The translations under genes and the position numbers were made by a program. From sequence record MT889377.1: DNA of 32,000 nt; one strand, 5' to 3'. Every line of letters begins with the position of its first letter. The stretch's first letter is position 1. This document shows positions 31,762 through 32,000 of the stretch, piece after piece. Source of the DNA: Microbacterium phage Zayuliv. The notes under the pieces were generated by a model that was given only the letters and a program-made list of their open reading frames with translations, searched no databases and was not told the origin of the DNA.

Positions 31762-32000
31762 TGTCGCACATGAGCGAGGAGCAGGAGCTGATGGCTCGGG
31801 AGATGTCGCAGCCCAAGACGGCTGGCCAGGTGCTCCAGGAGGAGTTCGGTTTCAATCCCGATGAGGACAAGGAGCTCAGCGAAGAGGCCTTGGTCATCAT
31901 CAACGAGCACGGCAAGGGCCTCAAGCTGGGGCTGAAGCAGTGGGCCATCGTTCAGCGACTGGTGGAGCACGGCATCATCTCGGGCCGCGCCGGCTCGTAG
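31761..32000 (+). CDS. Hypothetical protein (79 aa)
   Basis: ATG 31761 overlaps the upstream TGA (ATGA-type); stop TAG 31998-32000. Confidence 0.55.
   Translation: MSHMSEEQELMAREMSQPKTAGQVLQEEFGFNPDEDKELSEEALVIINEHGKGLKLGLKQWAIVQRLVEHGIISGRAGS

Noticed and set aside
1-32000. Integrase, attachment site or phage immunity repressor gene
   Set aside because: No recognisable integrase, recombinase or classic HTH repressor among the ORFs; lifestyle cannot be decided from this window.

Overview
Tailed-phage genome segment, most likely from a siphovirus of a high-GC Gram-positive (actinobacterial) host. The host call is an inference from GC content and gene style. The left part (+ strand, 1-11.4 kb) is the tail and lysis module: tail tube-like protein, two tail assembly chaperones joined by a very probable -1 frameshift, an 813-aa tape measure with a 44-aa periodic core, minor tail/hub proteins, an M15-type endolysin, and membrane/holin-like proteins. 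The middle and right part (- strand, 11.6-31.1 kb) is the replication and DNA-metabolism module: primase-helicase, VRR-NUC nuclease, SAP/acidic-tail protein, RecA-like ATPase, Cas4/RecB-like nuclease, family A DNA polymerase, an odd tRNA-like gene, a histone-like protein, and an SNF2-like helicase. The most exciting region is 22.0-28.9 kb, which looks like a cytosine hypermodification pathway. It encodes a MazG-like NTP pyrophosphohydrolase (candidate dCTPase), a thymidylate-kinase-like P-loop kinase, two tandem divergent glycosyltransferases of TET-associated type, a clear T4 gp42-like dCMP hydroxymethylase with the dCMP-specifying Asp, and a helical protein resembling the 5-hmdU DNA kinase helical / DNA glycosylase-like domain. 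I also see a family of extended -10 promoters (two predicted leaderless), paired 16-bp operator-like repeats in the divergent control region near 31.2 kb, a phage-encoded LAATG sortase-like sorting signal, and several sub-60-aa genes missing from the supplied ORF track. No database search was possible, so all family assignments rest on recognised motifs.
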